Source: Dehalococcoidia bacterium (GTDB lineage Bacteria > Chloroflexota > Dehalococcoidia > UBA6926). Taken from it: a stretch of DNA of 64,000 nucleotides. Where the stretch lies: the NCBI GenBank assembly GCA_965220565.1, contig CBDCQG010000001.1:691473-755472 (forward strand). The letters are read 5' to 3'. This document shows positions 36,201 through 45,796 of the stretch, piece after piece. The notes beneath the pieces were generated by a model. It was not told where the DNA came from. It was given only the letters and a program-made list of their open reading frames with translations, and made no database searches. A program made the position numbers and the translations under genes. Numbering within the stretch: position 1 is the stretch's first letter; every line of letters begins with the position of its first letter.

Positions 36201-39200
36201 TCTGGAGAGGAGAGTTGGCCAGCGCGATCTTGCCGATGTGCCGGGTATCGCGCATGTACGTGATTGCAGCCGGTGCCTCAGACAATGACCAGCGGGTGTG
36301 CGGGATGGGGGCGAGTGTGCCTGCCTCCATGTCCCGCAGCACCGTCTTCAGTGCCGCGCCGGGTATTTCCGGCTCTTCTCTCTTCAGCCGATCGAGCATG
36401 ATGATGTGGTAATCGACGTCGGGACGCTGTTCGGCCATCTCCTCTTCGGTCAGGATGCCCTCGCGGGCCAACTCGATGAAGCGGCCATTCTGCGCCAGGC
36501 AGGACAGGCTGGCGTCGATGAATCCCTCGCCGGTCAGGCTGTTGAGTACGACGTCGACGCCTTTGCCGCCGGTGTCGCGGAGTATCTCTTCCGCAAACTC
36601 TGTCGAGCGGCTGTTGTAGACGTGCGTGATTCCGAGTGACCTGAGGTACGGCTGCTTGCCGATGCTTGCCGTCGTATAGATCTCCGCGCCTACAGCCTTC
36701 GCCATCTCGATGGCTGCCAGACCCACGCCCCCGGAACCCGCGTGGATGAGCACCGTGTCGCCGGCCTGTAGACGCGCGAGGTCATAGGAAAGGGCGACGG
36801 TCACGAATGCGGTTGGTGCGGAGCCAAGACCCGTCTTCGATATGTTGGGCGGGGCGGAAGCGACAAGTGCCTCCTTGGTGATGATCTCCGGCCCAAACGT
36901 GCTGAACCCGATCCCGGCGACGCGATCCCCAACGGAGACGGAAGAAACGCCATCTCCGATTTCAATGATCTTGCCGACAAATTCCAGTCCGAGGTTGTCT
37001 TCACGTTCGATGCCAATGCTGATGAGCACGTCACGGAAATTGACGCCCACGGCCTCCATTGCGACACGAACCTCATGTGTTTCCAGTTCACGATGTGACT
37101 CAGGCTGCGGATGGACACGGCCGGGGTCGCCTGTTTCATCCGGCATAAGGAACCATTGGCCTTCGTCGGGCAGGGTGAGCCTTTCCGGTACATCGTCTGT
37201 GCGCGCCAACCGGGCAACCAGTCGATAGCCTGATCGGAGCGCGATGTGATTTTCGCCATCGGGCCGCAGCAGTTCATCAACAAGGTCGGCCAGGCGCGGG
37301 CTGTCGCCATCCAGGTCAACAACCTTGGGCTGAAGATCCGCAAGTTCCCTGATGATGACTCTGCCAAATCCCCAGAGGATCGCGCCGGCGGGCTGCGTGA
37401 ACTGCTCCCGTCGGGTGTCTTGCGCGCCTCGTGTCACAAGCCAGGCGCCGCTCTTTGGTTCCGAATTAGAGTCCAGGAGGCCCTGAACCATGGCCAGCGC
37501 GCTCGAACCAACTCGCCGGATGTCATCAGCGAGCCCGTCGGCGTCGATGTCTGACCCGTTCCCGCTCGTGGCAGCCAGGTGGACAACTCCTCGCAGCGGA
37601 ACGTCCTCTGGCAGACTCGCAAAGATCGATCCCCACGCCTCGCGGTCTCCCCTGTCAACGGCTATGCGTGAAACACCGTCAACGGAGCCATCCTCATGTG
37701 GCGCGCCTGCGCCTTTCTCGGTCACAACCAGGACGAGTTGGCTCCGAGACGCCAGTTCAGCCGCCAACTCGTCGGCCATGCCGTCGTCATCCGCGGCGAG
37801 CACCCAGGAACCCGGCTGCTCGACGATCTCGGCAGGGGCAGCGGCGATGATGACGGCGCGGTCAGGACGCTCCGACGAGTCACTCGTCCTGAGGCCGAGA
37901 ACCTGCGGGTCCTCAAAGGCCGTGTCCAGCAGCGCCTGTTCCCAGACGTCAGCGCCCGCAACACCGTGATTGGGCCGATAATGATCGGCAAATCGCCACC
38001 ACCCGTCCAGCGTTCCGAATGTCACGTCCTGCCATCCCTGGCCCTGGATCGACTCAATCGCGACGAGGTGGCCGGACGGCGCGAGAAGTGTCAGACAGTT
38101 CTGCAGGGTCTCGCTGAGAGAGATGGTGTCATGGAGCACGTTGGAGGCGATGACAAGGTCATAGCCGTGAGCGTCAAATCCCTGCTCGGCGGGATCGAGT
38201 TCGATGTTGAGAGGCATGTACGTTATCGCGCCGTCGGCAGTCCCAAATTGTGACTCCGCCTCCGCGAAGAATCCGGCGGAGATATCCGTGTACACGTACT
38301 CAAACCGGCCCTCAGGAAGCTGCGGCAGCACGGACATCGTGGCTGAGCCCGTGCCCGCTCCCACCTCGACAATGCGCAGTGTTCGCGTCTCGGGCAGATT
38401 CTCCAGCAGCGCGGCAATTGTGTCGCGAAGCATGTTGTTGACTGCGCGGGATGCGGGCGTTCGTATGAAGATGTCGGCGGGTGTAGGATCGCCGCTCCCG
38501 AACAACACCGTCAGCGGATCAGCCTGCCCGCGCAGAATATCCGCCAACTCTCCCGCAGCTCGACGGCACAGCGCCACCTCGATGGAGCCGTGAGGATAAC
38601 GCTCCAGCATCTCTGCGGCGAAGGCGTCCGGGTCAGTCGGCAGTTCACCCGGCAGAGAATCCTCTGGGCCAACCAGAACGTGGAAAGCGTCACCGGATTC
38701 TTGCAGGACGCCCGCCCGCGCAAGCAGCTCAAGGATTCTCCTGAACAGCTTGCTGTGCTCGTCCGTGACGCCCAATTCCCGCCTCAGGGTTTCCGGCTCG
38801 ATAACCGCGCCTGCCGTCTGTTGCCAGCCGAGCTTGGTCAGGGTGTCAAGCGCGAATGACCACGAAAGTCGTTCAAGATCGCGCAAAAGCGCGGTTCGAT
38901 CGCTCCAGTCCACGCCTTCCTGCGACAGATACTCCGCGAACGCCGGTGTAGTGGCCTGGATGGAGGACGGTTCCGGCAGGAAATCGGCGGGCTGCACGGG
39001 AGGCAACGGGCAGTCCTCCCAGACGATGTCGTACAGGAGGTCCTGCACGCTCTCCTCCGTCGAGAGCACGCTATCGCGGCTTGCCCGCTTAGCTGTAAAT
39101 CCTGTGATTCCTCCGAGCCGCTCACCTTCCGTCGAATAGATCTCAAGGTCCGCTGCGATGACCTCCGGCACAGTCCGTGCGCCGGAGGCGTCTGCCTGAT

Positions 39201-42200
39201 TGGCGGCTCTCAAGGTTGCGCGGCAGACAACCCTCTCGGGCAAGCCGCCGCTGAGCCACAATCGGTCCCATGCAAAGGGGAGATATGTCGTGCCGCTTGC
39301 CGTCTCATGCGTGGCGCGAGCCGCCGAAACGACCTGCAAGCATGCGTCAAGCAGGATGGGGTGGACGGCCAGGCCGGTGTTGCTCAGTCCCTCCGGCAAG
39401 CTGACCTCTCCGACTGCCATGCCGTTGCCCGTGAATGCCGAATCCACCGTGCGGAACAGGGGACCGAAGTCCAGGTTTGCCTCGCGCTTTGCCCGGTAGA
39501 ACTCTGAAATATCAAGCGATTCCAGGCCGGCCTTCAGGTCGTCAATGGTCACGCGCTCCGCAGCATCAGTGTTATCTGTTGCCGACGACAGCGTGCCCCG
39601 CGCGTGCAGAGTCCACGATTCCTCGCCGCTTCCCTTGCTGTAGATTTCAAACTCGCGAGCGCCTGAGTCGTCCGGAGCCTGCACCATGATTTGCACGGCG
39701 CGCGCACTATCGTCAGGCGAACTCTCCTCATCGGCCTCGCTGAACAGCAGCGGCGCCTGCATCTGCATGTCGTCGATGACGACTCCGCCGGACTCCTCCG
39801 CCCGGAACGCCTCCACAGCCATGACGCCATAGAGGGCCCCTGGCGCGATAACCCGGCCATACACACGGTGGTCGCTCAGCCAGGCGGGATCGTCTGGCAA
39901 CAACTCAGTCTCGAAATAAATCTCTCCGCGCGGCGATTCATGGCGCGTTCCGAGCAGTGGATGATCCGTTGAGGCTCTCTGCCGACGAGGCTCTTCGACC
40001 CAATGGCGATACCGCTGGAACGGATACTCCGGTACGGGAACCCGTCGCCGCGTCTCACCCGCATAGAGGTCACGGAAATCGATAGAAAGCCCGGCCTCGT
40101 ATGCAGCCTTAACCGCGGAGATGAAACCGCGAGTCTGGTCGATTGGCGGCTCGGTTTCATCGTGCGGCGGCCTGACCATGCTGGCAATAACCGGGGGGTC
40201 CTTGGCCGGAGCGCCCGGCGGCCAGCACATGGAGACAATCGCCCCAATGACTGCGCCCGGCCCGATCTCGATGACAAAATCGACTCCAAGTTCTGCCAGC
40301 GATTCAACGCTGGTTCGATACAGGACCTTCTCCCGTGAATGACGCATCCAATAGGCGGCATCGATGGGGACATCCGGATCAACCGGCTTGCCCGTCGCGC
40401 CGCAAATGAACTCGATCTGCGGTGCTCTAGGCTCCTTGACAATTTCACGGACTCTCTCCCCGAGCGGTTCGAGCATCGGCTCCAGCAGACTGCTATGGAA
40501 TGCCGGGCTGGGCGGCATACGCCTAACCCGAACTTCCTTAGCCTCGAATTTCTCGAGGACTGCCTCAACATCCGGTTCAGGCCCGCTGACGACGTGGTTG
40601 ATGCCGTTGTCAACGGCAATCGTCAGCCGGTTGTCGCCGGAGACCTGCTGTTGTTCCGCGATGGCCTCCTGCACGGCGGCCTCTGGAGCGAATACCACGC
40701 CCATTGCCGCACCAAGCGGGAGTCCGCTCATCAACTCTCCGCGCGCAGCAGTGAGGCGGATACCCTCTTCCAGGGTGAACACGCCGGCTGCTTGCGCCGC
40801 CGCGTATTCTCCGAGGCTGTGACCGGCGACCACGGCGGGCGTGACGCCGATGCTCTTCCAGAGGGCAGTGAGCGCGCACTCCACCGCGTAGATAGTGGGC
40901 ATGGCCCATCTCGAATCATCGAGGTCATCTGCCTTGCCGAACATGACATCGAGCAGGGAGACCCCGCGCTCTTTTTTGATGATGCGATCACAGCGGTCGA
41001 GCACGTCTCGCGCAACAGGCTCCGTCTCGTAGAGCGCTTGCGCCATACCCACCCACTGGCTGCCCTGTCCGGTGTAGACAAATCCGATCCTGGCGGGGCT
41101 GCCGACGGGAGATTGAGGAGTCGATTCAATAAGGTTGCTGAGGCCATCCCTCAGTGAGGCGGCTTCGCGGAACGGGATAGCGGCCCGGTAACGGAAATGG
41201 CTGCGGCCGATGCTTGCGGTCCAGGACATATCAGATAGGGCAGGGTCGGATGCCGCAGTCTCCGGAGGCGGGCCTCCCGATGTTTCGTCCAGCGCATTGA
41301 GGTAACGCTCTGCCAGTTCTTGCAGGCTCTCCGGCGACCGTGCGGAAAGCGGCAGCAATCGTGTCGGGCGCTGTGTGACATCCGCAGTGTCGTCAGAAAG
41401 TTGGGTCTCCACCTCGACAGCGGCGCCCACTGGCCACATCGTTGCTGCGCGTGATGCCGGTGCGCTGGCGGGCGCGCCGTACCCCTCGACGATGATGTGC
41501 GCGTTCGTGCCCGACCATCCGAAACCGCTGACACCGGCGCGTGGCGGCCTGCCATCAACTTTCGGCCACTCGGTTGCCTCGGTCGGCACGCGCAGATTGG
41601 CGTTCTCCCAGTCGATCGCCGTTGTGGGGTTCTCAAAATTCAGGTGCTTGGGGATGACGCCGCGCCGCATTCCCAGCACGACCTTCATGACGCCCGCGGC
41701 TCCCGACGCAGGTTCAAGGTGCCCGAAATTCGTCTTGACGGAGCCGATGAACATTGGTTGATCGGCCGGTCGCTGATTTCCATATGCGGCGGTGGCTGCG
41801 CTCAACTCCGCCGGGTCGCCCACCGGCGTGGCGGTTCCGTGCGCCTCCAGGTAGTCCACGTCCACCGGTGTAAGGCCGGCCGAGGACAGCGCATCGCGGA
41901 TGACATTCTCTTGTGACGACGCGCTCGGCACGGTGATGCCCTGGCTCGCGCCGTCCTGGTTGATGGCGGAGCCGCGGATCACACCCCAGATGCGGTCGCC
42001 GTCCCGCTCGGCGTCGCTCAGGCGCTTGAGAACAAGAACCCCGCAGCCCTCGCCGCGGAGGTAGCCGTCCGCGGCCTCGTCAAAGGTGCGGCACACGCCG
42101 TTCGGCGACAGCATCCCTGCTTGCCTGCGCAGATTCATGACCCTCGCGGAAAGGATGGCGTTGACGCCTCCGGCCAGGGCCAGGTTCGCCTCTCCGCGAT

Positions 42201-42813
42201 TCAGGGCGATTACAGCCTGGTGCATGGCAACCAGGGACGATGAGCACGCTGTATCTATGGAAATCGCGGGTCCTTCAAGTCCCAGCGCGTATGACACGCG
42301 GCCAATGGCGGTGTTGAGACTGCTTCCGCTGGCCGCATAGAGGCTGGTGGCAGGATCGTCCGCTTCAATGGACGCGATGGCCGCATACCGGTATTCGGCG
42401 TTGCTTATGCCGCCATAGACGCCGGTGCGCGTTCCCCTGAGACTCTCCGGATCGATGCCCGCGTCTTCAAGGGCACGCCAGCTGGTTTCGAGCATCAGGC
42501 GCTGCTGCGGGTCCAGCAGCTGCGCCTCTACCGGTGAGATTCTGAAGAATTCCGCATCGAACTTGTCGATATCCTCAATGAAAGCCGCGTAGTGCGTGGT
42601 GTCGCTCTGCGTCGGTGGAAGTTCCAGGAACTGACCCATGCGGCCGGGGCTGCCGGAGCCGATCATGCCCTCCGTCCGCACCATCGTCCCGGAGGCCAGC
42701 AAACGCCAGTAAGCGTCGTAGTCCTCGGCTCCGGGAAAGCGGCATGCCATGCCGATGATAGCGATGGGTTCGTTTGCTGCCATACCGCCTCCGAGTTTCA
42801 GGTGGGCTGACAT
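33241..42813 (-). CDS. Type I highly reducing polyketide synthase, 3190 aa: KS-AT-DH-cMT-(psiKR)-ER-KR-ACP-KS(AT-less)
   Basis: KS1 has DTACSSSL / EAHGTAT / NFGHLE. The AT has GHSLGE. The DH has HRVYGRVIAPGA. The C-MT has VEVGAGTGS. The ER has LIHAGSGGVGLAAIEMA. The KR has ITGGLGGIGITVARWL. The ACP has DLGMDSLMAV. KS2 has DLACTSSL / EAHGTGT / NVGHLE. After KS2 come the KS-AT linker and the post-AT YPFQRRRFW linker, but no AT core. Confidence 0.9.
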   Translation of the reverse strand: MSAHLKLGGGMAANEPIAIIGMACRFPGAEDYDAYWRLLASGTMVRTEGMIGSGSPGRMGQFLELPPTQSDTTHYAAFIEDIDKFDAEFFRISPVEAQLLDPQQRLMLETSWRALEDAGIDPESLRGTRTGVYGGISNAEYRYAAIASIEADDPATSLYAASGSSLNTAIGRVSYALGLEGPAISIDTACSSSLVAMHQAVIALNRGEANLALAGGVNAILSARVMNLRRQAGMLSPNGVCRTFDEAADGYLRGEGCGVLVLKRLSDAERDGDRIWGVIRGSAINQDGASQGITVPSASSQENVIRDALSSAGLTPVDVDYLEAHGTATPVGDPAELSAATAAYGNQRPADQPMFIGSVKTNFGHLEPASGAAGVMKVVLGMRRGVIPKHLNFENPTTAIDWENANLRVPTEATEWPKVDGRPPRAGVSGFGWSGTNAHIIVEGYGAPASAPASRAATMWPVGAAVEVETQLSDDTADVTQRPTRLLPLSARSPESLQELAERYLNALDETSGGPPPETAASDPALSDMSWTASIGRSHFRYRAAIPFREAASLRDGLSNLIESTPQSPVGSPARIGFVYTGQGSQWVGMAQALYETEPVARDVLDRCDRIIKKERGVSLLDVMFGKADDLDDSRWAMPTIYAVECALTALWKSIGVTPAVVAGHSLGEYAAAQAAGVFTLEEGIRLTAARGELMSGLPLGAAMGVVFAPEAAVQEAIAEQQQVSGDNRLTIAVDNGINHVVSGPEPDVEAVLEKFEAKEVRVRRMPPSPAFHSSLLEPMLEPLGERVREIVKEPRAPQIEFICGATGKPVDPDVPIDAAYWMRHSREKVLYRTSVESLAELGVDFVIEIGPGAVIGAIVSMCWPPGAPAKDPPVIASMVRPPHDETEPPIDQTRGFISAVKAAYEAGLSIDFRDLYAGETRRRVPVPEYPFQRYRHWVEEPRRQRASTDHPLLGTRHESPRGEIYFETELLPDDPAWLSDHRVYGRVIAPGALYGVMAVEAFRAEESGGVVIDDMQMQAPLLFSEADEESSPDDSARAVQIMVQAPDDSGAREFEIYSKGSGEESWTLHARGTLSSATDNTDAAERVTIDDLKAGLESLDISEFYRAKREANLDFGPLFRTVDSAFTGNGMAVGEVSLPEGLSNTGLAVHPILLDACLQVVSAARATHETASGTTYLPFAWDRLWLSGGLPERVVCRATLRAANQADASGARTVPEVIAADLEIYSTEGERLGGITGFTAKRASRDSVLSTEESVQDLLYDIVWEDCPLPPVQPADFLPEPSSIQATTPAFAEYLSQEGVDWSDRTALLRDLERLSWSFALDTLTKLGWQQTAGAVIEPETLRRELGVTDEHSKLFRRILELLARAGVLQESGDAFHVLVGPEDSLPGELPTDPDAFAAEMLERYPHGSIEVALCRRAAGELADILRGQADPLTVLFGSGDPTPADIFIRTPASRAVNNMLRDTIAALLENLPETRTLRIVEVGAGTGSATMSVLPQLPEGRFEYVYTDISAGFFAEAESQFGTADGAITYMPLNIELDPAEQGFDAHGYDLVIASNVLHDTISLSETLQNCLTLLAPSGHLVAIESIQGQGWQDVTFGTLDGWWRFADHYRPNHGVAGADVWEQALLDTAFEDPQVLGLRTSDSSERPDRAVIIAAAPAEIVEQPGSWVLAADDDGMADELAAELASRSQLVLVVTEKGAGAPHEDGSVDGVSRIAVDRGDREAWGSIFASLPEDVPLRGVVHLAATSGNGSDIDADGLADDIRRVGSSALAMVQGLLDSNSEPKSGAWLVTRGAQDTRREQFTQPAGAILWGFGRVIIRELADLQPKVVDLDGDSPRLADLVDELLRPDGENHIALRSGYRLVARLARTDDVPERLTLPDEGQWFLMPDETGDPGRVHPQPESHRELETHEVRVAMEAVGVNFRDVLISIGIEREDNLGLEFVGKIIEIGDGVSSVSVGDRVAGIGFSTFGPEIITKEALVASAPPNISKTGLGSAPTAFVTVALSYDLARLQAGDTVLIHAGSGGVGLAAIEMAKAVGAEIYTTASIGKQPYLRSLGITHVYNSRSTEFAEEILRDTGGKGVDVVLNSLTGEGFIDASLSCLAQNGRFIELAREGILTEEEMAEQRPDVDYHIIMLDRLKREEPEIPGAALKTVLRDMEAGTLAPIPHTRWSLSEAPAAITYMRDTRHIGKIALANSPLQTERLREDGTYLITGGLGGIGITVARWLADKGAGAIVLNGRRDPDPEAQDAIDELRARGVTVQVEIADVTDSTAIDAMLTRIDQSLPPLAGVIHSVGVLSDGVVGNQTWERFEQILRPKVLGAWHLHRATMDRDLDLFVLFSSAAGILGNPGQSNHAAANTFLDQLVRHRRALGLTGQAIAWGAWSEVGEAEEQRERIGELLAERGSRWITPERGIETLEFLIKQDWTNSVAVAIDWESIRSNMQNPPAMLQRFTAADESDSASAGDSMDDLPARLSGVPLEQRESVFTEFLQHELQAIMRMPSQPNPGAEFSDLGMDSLMAVALRNNINSALKGLYVAPNTVVFDYPSITRLAVYLAEEVGEPGAAAGSTTTVAAADERTPESPPRPRPGDDAIAIVGMACRFPGSENLDAFWRLLENGESAVTDGRTDGGDYRGVFGDPAAQNTYERLGAFLDHIDEFDARFFRIAPIEARTMDPQQRLLLETAWQALEDAGIDPDALRGSQTGVYAGISGSEYRSVLAMNGGQDIFGTIPSMAVGRIAFTFGLQGPAVPIDLACTSSLAAVHQGVVSLQRGEVDLALAGGVNIALSQSTSTFLAELGVLSLSGKTASFDASGDGYVRGEGCGFVILKRLGDAERDGDRIWGVVRGSAVNQNGAGFSFTSPNGVAQEKVMREALERSGISASDVDYLEAHGTGTPLGDSIEANAIANVYGKDRPGDQPLTLGSVKTNVGHLEAASGMASLIKVVLSMNRNLIPRHLHFSTPSPEIDWKKMPLQIALDAEEWPGNGARAPIAGINTFGMTGANAHVIVEGYTAENGLNPDDLQATTKPPARLLPLSAKNPAALSDLAASYLEWLDNGGQDGASTADMLADMAWTASIGRSHFTHRACVIFRDQDELRSGLERLVDAGSPSGDTGQETGTRDSESAAVDSTGDTDSGTVDAMARAYEAGHDVDFSRLFTGEERRKIRLPGYPFQRRRFWVEKKAVKR

Positions 42814-42887
42814 CTCTGGCTACACTATAGTCACTTTAACCTGACGCCTGTGGCCTGAATAAAGCGGGGTACACAATCAGAACACCA

Positions 42888-44504
42888 TTGACCGGCCGGC
42901 TTAGCTACAGTTGGGGACTACTCCGCGGCGATGTTCTTGGCGGCCTGACCTCCGGCAGCATCGTTCTTCCTGCGGCAATAGGCTACGGCGTGATCTCCGG
43001 GCTTGGCCCCGTTGCGGGTCTGTACGGCGCGGTGGCTGTCAGCTTCTTCGGAGCCATCTTTGGCGGAACACGGGGCATGATCTCCGGCCCGAACATCCTG
43101 GTGACGCTGACGATGGCAGTGACCGTATCGCATTACGCGACGAGCCTCGGCGAAGCATTTCTCGCCGCGATCCTGGCGGGGCTCATCCAGATCGGTTTCG
43201 GCGCTCTGAAGATCGGCCGGTACGTGTCCTACATTCCATACTCGCTTATCGCGGGTTTCTTCACGGCCTTCGGCATCATATTGATCCTGAAGCAGTTCCT
43301 GCTTGGGCTTGGCGCATCAGTGGCCGGCAGCGCCCTGGACAACATCCGCGCATTGCCGGATGCGTTTAGAGAGCCCAACGTGGAAGCCGTTATCGTCACC
43401 GTCCTCAGTGTTGCGCTGGGGGTAGCGTGGCGAGGAAGGCTCCTGAAGATCGCTCCCTCCCAATTCGCCGTGTTGGTTTGCGGAACCGTCACGGCGATTC
43501 TCCTCTTCCAGGGAGCGCCGACGATCGGAGAGATCCCCCGAGAACTCCCCGCGCCGCAACTGCCCGCGCCTGACGTGGACACGCTTCTGCGGATTGCCCA
43601 GCCCGCCTTTGCCATGGCGCTGCTCAGTTCCCTGTCCACGCTCATCGTCGCGCTGCCCCTGGACACCATTACCGGCACGCAGCACAAACCAAACAGGGAA
43701 TTGATTGCTCAAGGCATGGGCAATATCGGCGCGGGACTCATCGGCGGCTTGCCGGGCGGCGTATCCTCCGGCACGTTCGCCGGCGCCTTCAGCGGGGCGC
43801 GAACCCAGGTAGCCGGGCTGACCGTCACGGTACTCATCATCTCCATCATCTTCGTCCTTGGGCCGATTGCGGAGCGCATTCCTCTTGCCGTCCTTGCGGG
43901 CATCCTCATCATCAACGGCTGGAGCATCATCGATTGGCGATTCATCAAGCGGCTGCATCGCGTGCCCGTCGACTACACAATCGTCATGGCCCTGACCTGC
44001 CTCCTTGTGCTCTTTGTGGACATCACTCTCGCCGTGTTTGTTGGCTTTGTCGTGTCATCCCTGGCCGGCGCGCGGCGACGTGGAGAACTGGAAACCCAGG
44101 ACCTCATCTCAATCCCGGTCCTTGACAGCGTGCTGCTTGACGGCGACGAGGCAGACCCGTTTGAGGCGCGCGCCGGCATCGTCATCTTCCCAGATCGCGT
44201 CACGGTGGCCTCAACCCGTGAGGTGAGCCGCATCGTCCGCTCCGACATCCTTGGGCATCAGATCGTCATCTTCGATATGTCCCGCACGTACTTCATTGAC
44301 GATTCCGCGGCCGTGGCGATAGGGGACCTGATCAGGATTGCGGCCGTTCGCCGGCCGGGACGTGTTGTCATCACGGGATTGACGAGGCCGGTCACGGAAA
44401 CCCTCGATGCGTTCGGCCTGCGCGCTGCGATGCCGGACGGGTTGATTATTCCGGACATGGACGCCGCGAGAGCCAGGGTGCGCGACCTGCTGACGAGCAA
44501 GTAA
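42888..44504 (+). CDS. SulP family anion (sulfate/bicarbonate) permease with C-terminal STAS domain
   Basis: It has the SulP TM core (GMISGPN...) and a STAS domain at the C-terminus. It is divergent from the PKS gene. Confidence 0.75.
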   Translation: MTGRLSYSWGLLRGDVLGGLTSGSIVLPAAIGYGVISGLGPVAGLYGAVAVSFFGAIFGGTRGMISGPNILVTLTMAVTVSHYATSLGEAFLAAILAGLIQIGFGALKIGRYVSYIPYSLIAGFFTAFGIILILKQFLLGLGASVAGSALDNIRALPDAFREPNVEAVIVTVLSVALGVAWRGRLLKIAPSQFAVLVCGTVTAILLFQGAPTIGEIPRELPAPQLPAPDVDTLLRIAQPAFAMALLSSLSTLIVALPLDTITGTQHKPNRELIAQGMGNIGAGLIGGLPGGVSSGTFAGAFSGARTQVAGLTVTVLIISIIFVLGPIAERIPLAVLAGILIINGWSIIDWRFIKRLHRVPVDYTIVMALTCLLVLFVDITLAVFVGFVVSSLAGARRRGELETQDLISIPVLDSVLLDGDEADPFEARAGIVIFPDRVTVASTREVSRIVRSDILGHQIVIFDMSRTYFIDDSAAVAIGDLIRIAAVRRPGRVVITGLTRPVTETLDAFGLRAAMPDGLIIPDMDAARARVRDLLTSK

Positions 44505-44529
44505 TCCTTCAACTCCGCTCAGCGCGAAC

Positions 44530-44625
44530 CCCACTCCGTCATTCCCGCTCCCACTCCGTCATTCCCGCGAAAGCGGGAATCCAGAATCCCCTCCCCCTTG
44601 ATGGGGGAGGGCTAGGGTAGTGTTA
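44530..44625. repeat. Composite interspersed repeat locus: two family-A half/full copies followed by a family-B-like palindrome (CCCCTCCCCCTTGATGGGGGAGGG)
   Basis: ccactccgtcattcccgctcccactccgtcattcccgcgaaagcgggaatccagaatcccctcccccttgatgggggagggctagggtag. Confidence 0.7.
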
Positions 44626-45735
44626 CCCCCAGACGTTCTGAGCGGTCTCAGCGACTAGCCGGAGTTTTGCGTTCTGCTCTTCGATCGTGAGTCGGTTGCC
44701 GACGATGGACGTGCCGAATCCACACTGGGGGCTGATGGCCAGCTGTTCGTGGGGGAAGTGCTGGGCGGCCTCGGTGATCCTGGCCGCAAGCTCCGGCGGT
44801 GTTTCCGGGCGCGGCGACTTGGTGGTGACCAGCCCAAGCGCCACGGTCTTGTCGTCGGGCACGCCGCGCAAAGGCTCGAATGAGCCTGAGCGCTCGTCGT
44901 CGTACTCCAGCATGAGACGATGCGCGTTGATCTGTTGGAGCACCGGTTCGACGATCCGATCGTAGCCGCCCTCGGCCAGCCAACGGCTGCCCTGGTTGCC
45001 TCGTCAAAGGTGGAACGCGAACGTCGTCTCCGTGAAGCCGTCCATCACTGCGTTGTCCAGTTCAATCCCCTGGGAGATCCAGTCCTCTCCGGACCGGCCC
45101 TGGGACTCATAGAATGCCGCCCACGTCGGATCGAGTATGAGCGGGTAGTGTGGAGCGTCGAGTTGGATGTAGGTCGCGCCAAGCCTGGTTAGCTCTTCGA
45201 TCTCCTCGCGGATGATCTGCGCGACATCCCCCAGGAACGCGTCGAGCGTGGGATAGGCCTCGATGGATCTGCTTGGCGACCAGAAATTGGCGAACAGGCT
45301 TGGACTCGGAAGCGTCACCTTCGGCATGCGTGTTGTTCGGCTGCGGAGGTAGGTGAATTCCTCTGCTGACAGGTGACGTTTGCGCCGGAGCTTGCCGACG
45401 ACGCCAAGGGTTGCCGGGCGCTCCGTCGGCGCGTTTCCTACCCGCTCGTCGCCCCGCCAATCACCCCAGAGGAACGCGTTGATGTCGAACTCGCCGAAGC
45501 CTTCCACTGCCTCAGGCATCTGGCTCTGGAAGGACAACCGCCGCATCTCGCCGTCCGTGAGAACCTCGAATCCGGCATCTTCCTGGGCGGTCACTGCGCT
45601 ATCGACGGCGGCATCCTCAACACGCTTGAACTCCGAGGGCGTGATTCGTCCGGCCGCGATGTCCTCGCGCGCGGCGAGCAACTCGGGCGGCCTGATCAGG
45701 CTCCCAACCACGTCGGCATGCGGCAAGTTCAACAT
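44623..45735 (-). pseudogene. MetE-like (cobalamin-independent methionine synthase family, short form) methyltransferase interrupted by one in-frame TGA (45004-45006) at the Zn-ligand Cys of the H-x-C motif. It is either a nonsense pseudogene or a selenocysteine (U) gene
   Basis: The two ORFs 45004-45735 and 44623-44943 are in the same frame and separated only by TGA: ...TETTFAFHL*RGNQGS.... The downstream ISPQCGFG motif (second Zn Cys) is intact. A hairpin (44974-44991) begins 12 nt after the TGA. Confidence 0.6.
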
Positions 45736-45796
45736 GTTGCAGAGCCTCTCATATCCTCAGTGCGTGGACGCGATGGATCCCGTTGCGCGGCTGTCA

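Noticed and set aside
42814-42887. Possible regulatory element between the PKS start and the divergent SulP gene
   Set aside because: It is only 74 bp, with no clear palindrome or conserved boxes visible.
45004-45006. Treating 45004-45735 and 44623-44943 as two independent genes
   Set aside because: They share the frame and are separated by a single TGA. Together they reconstitute one MetE-like domain with both Zn-ligand motifs.
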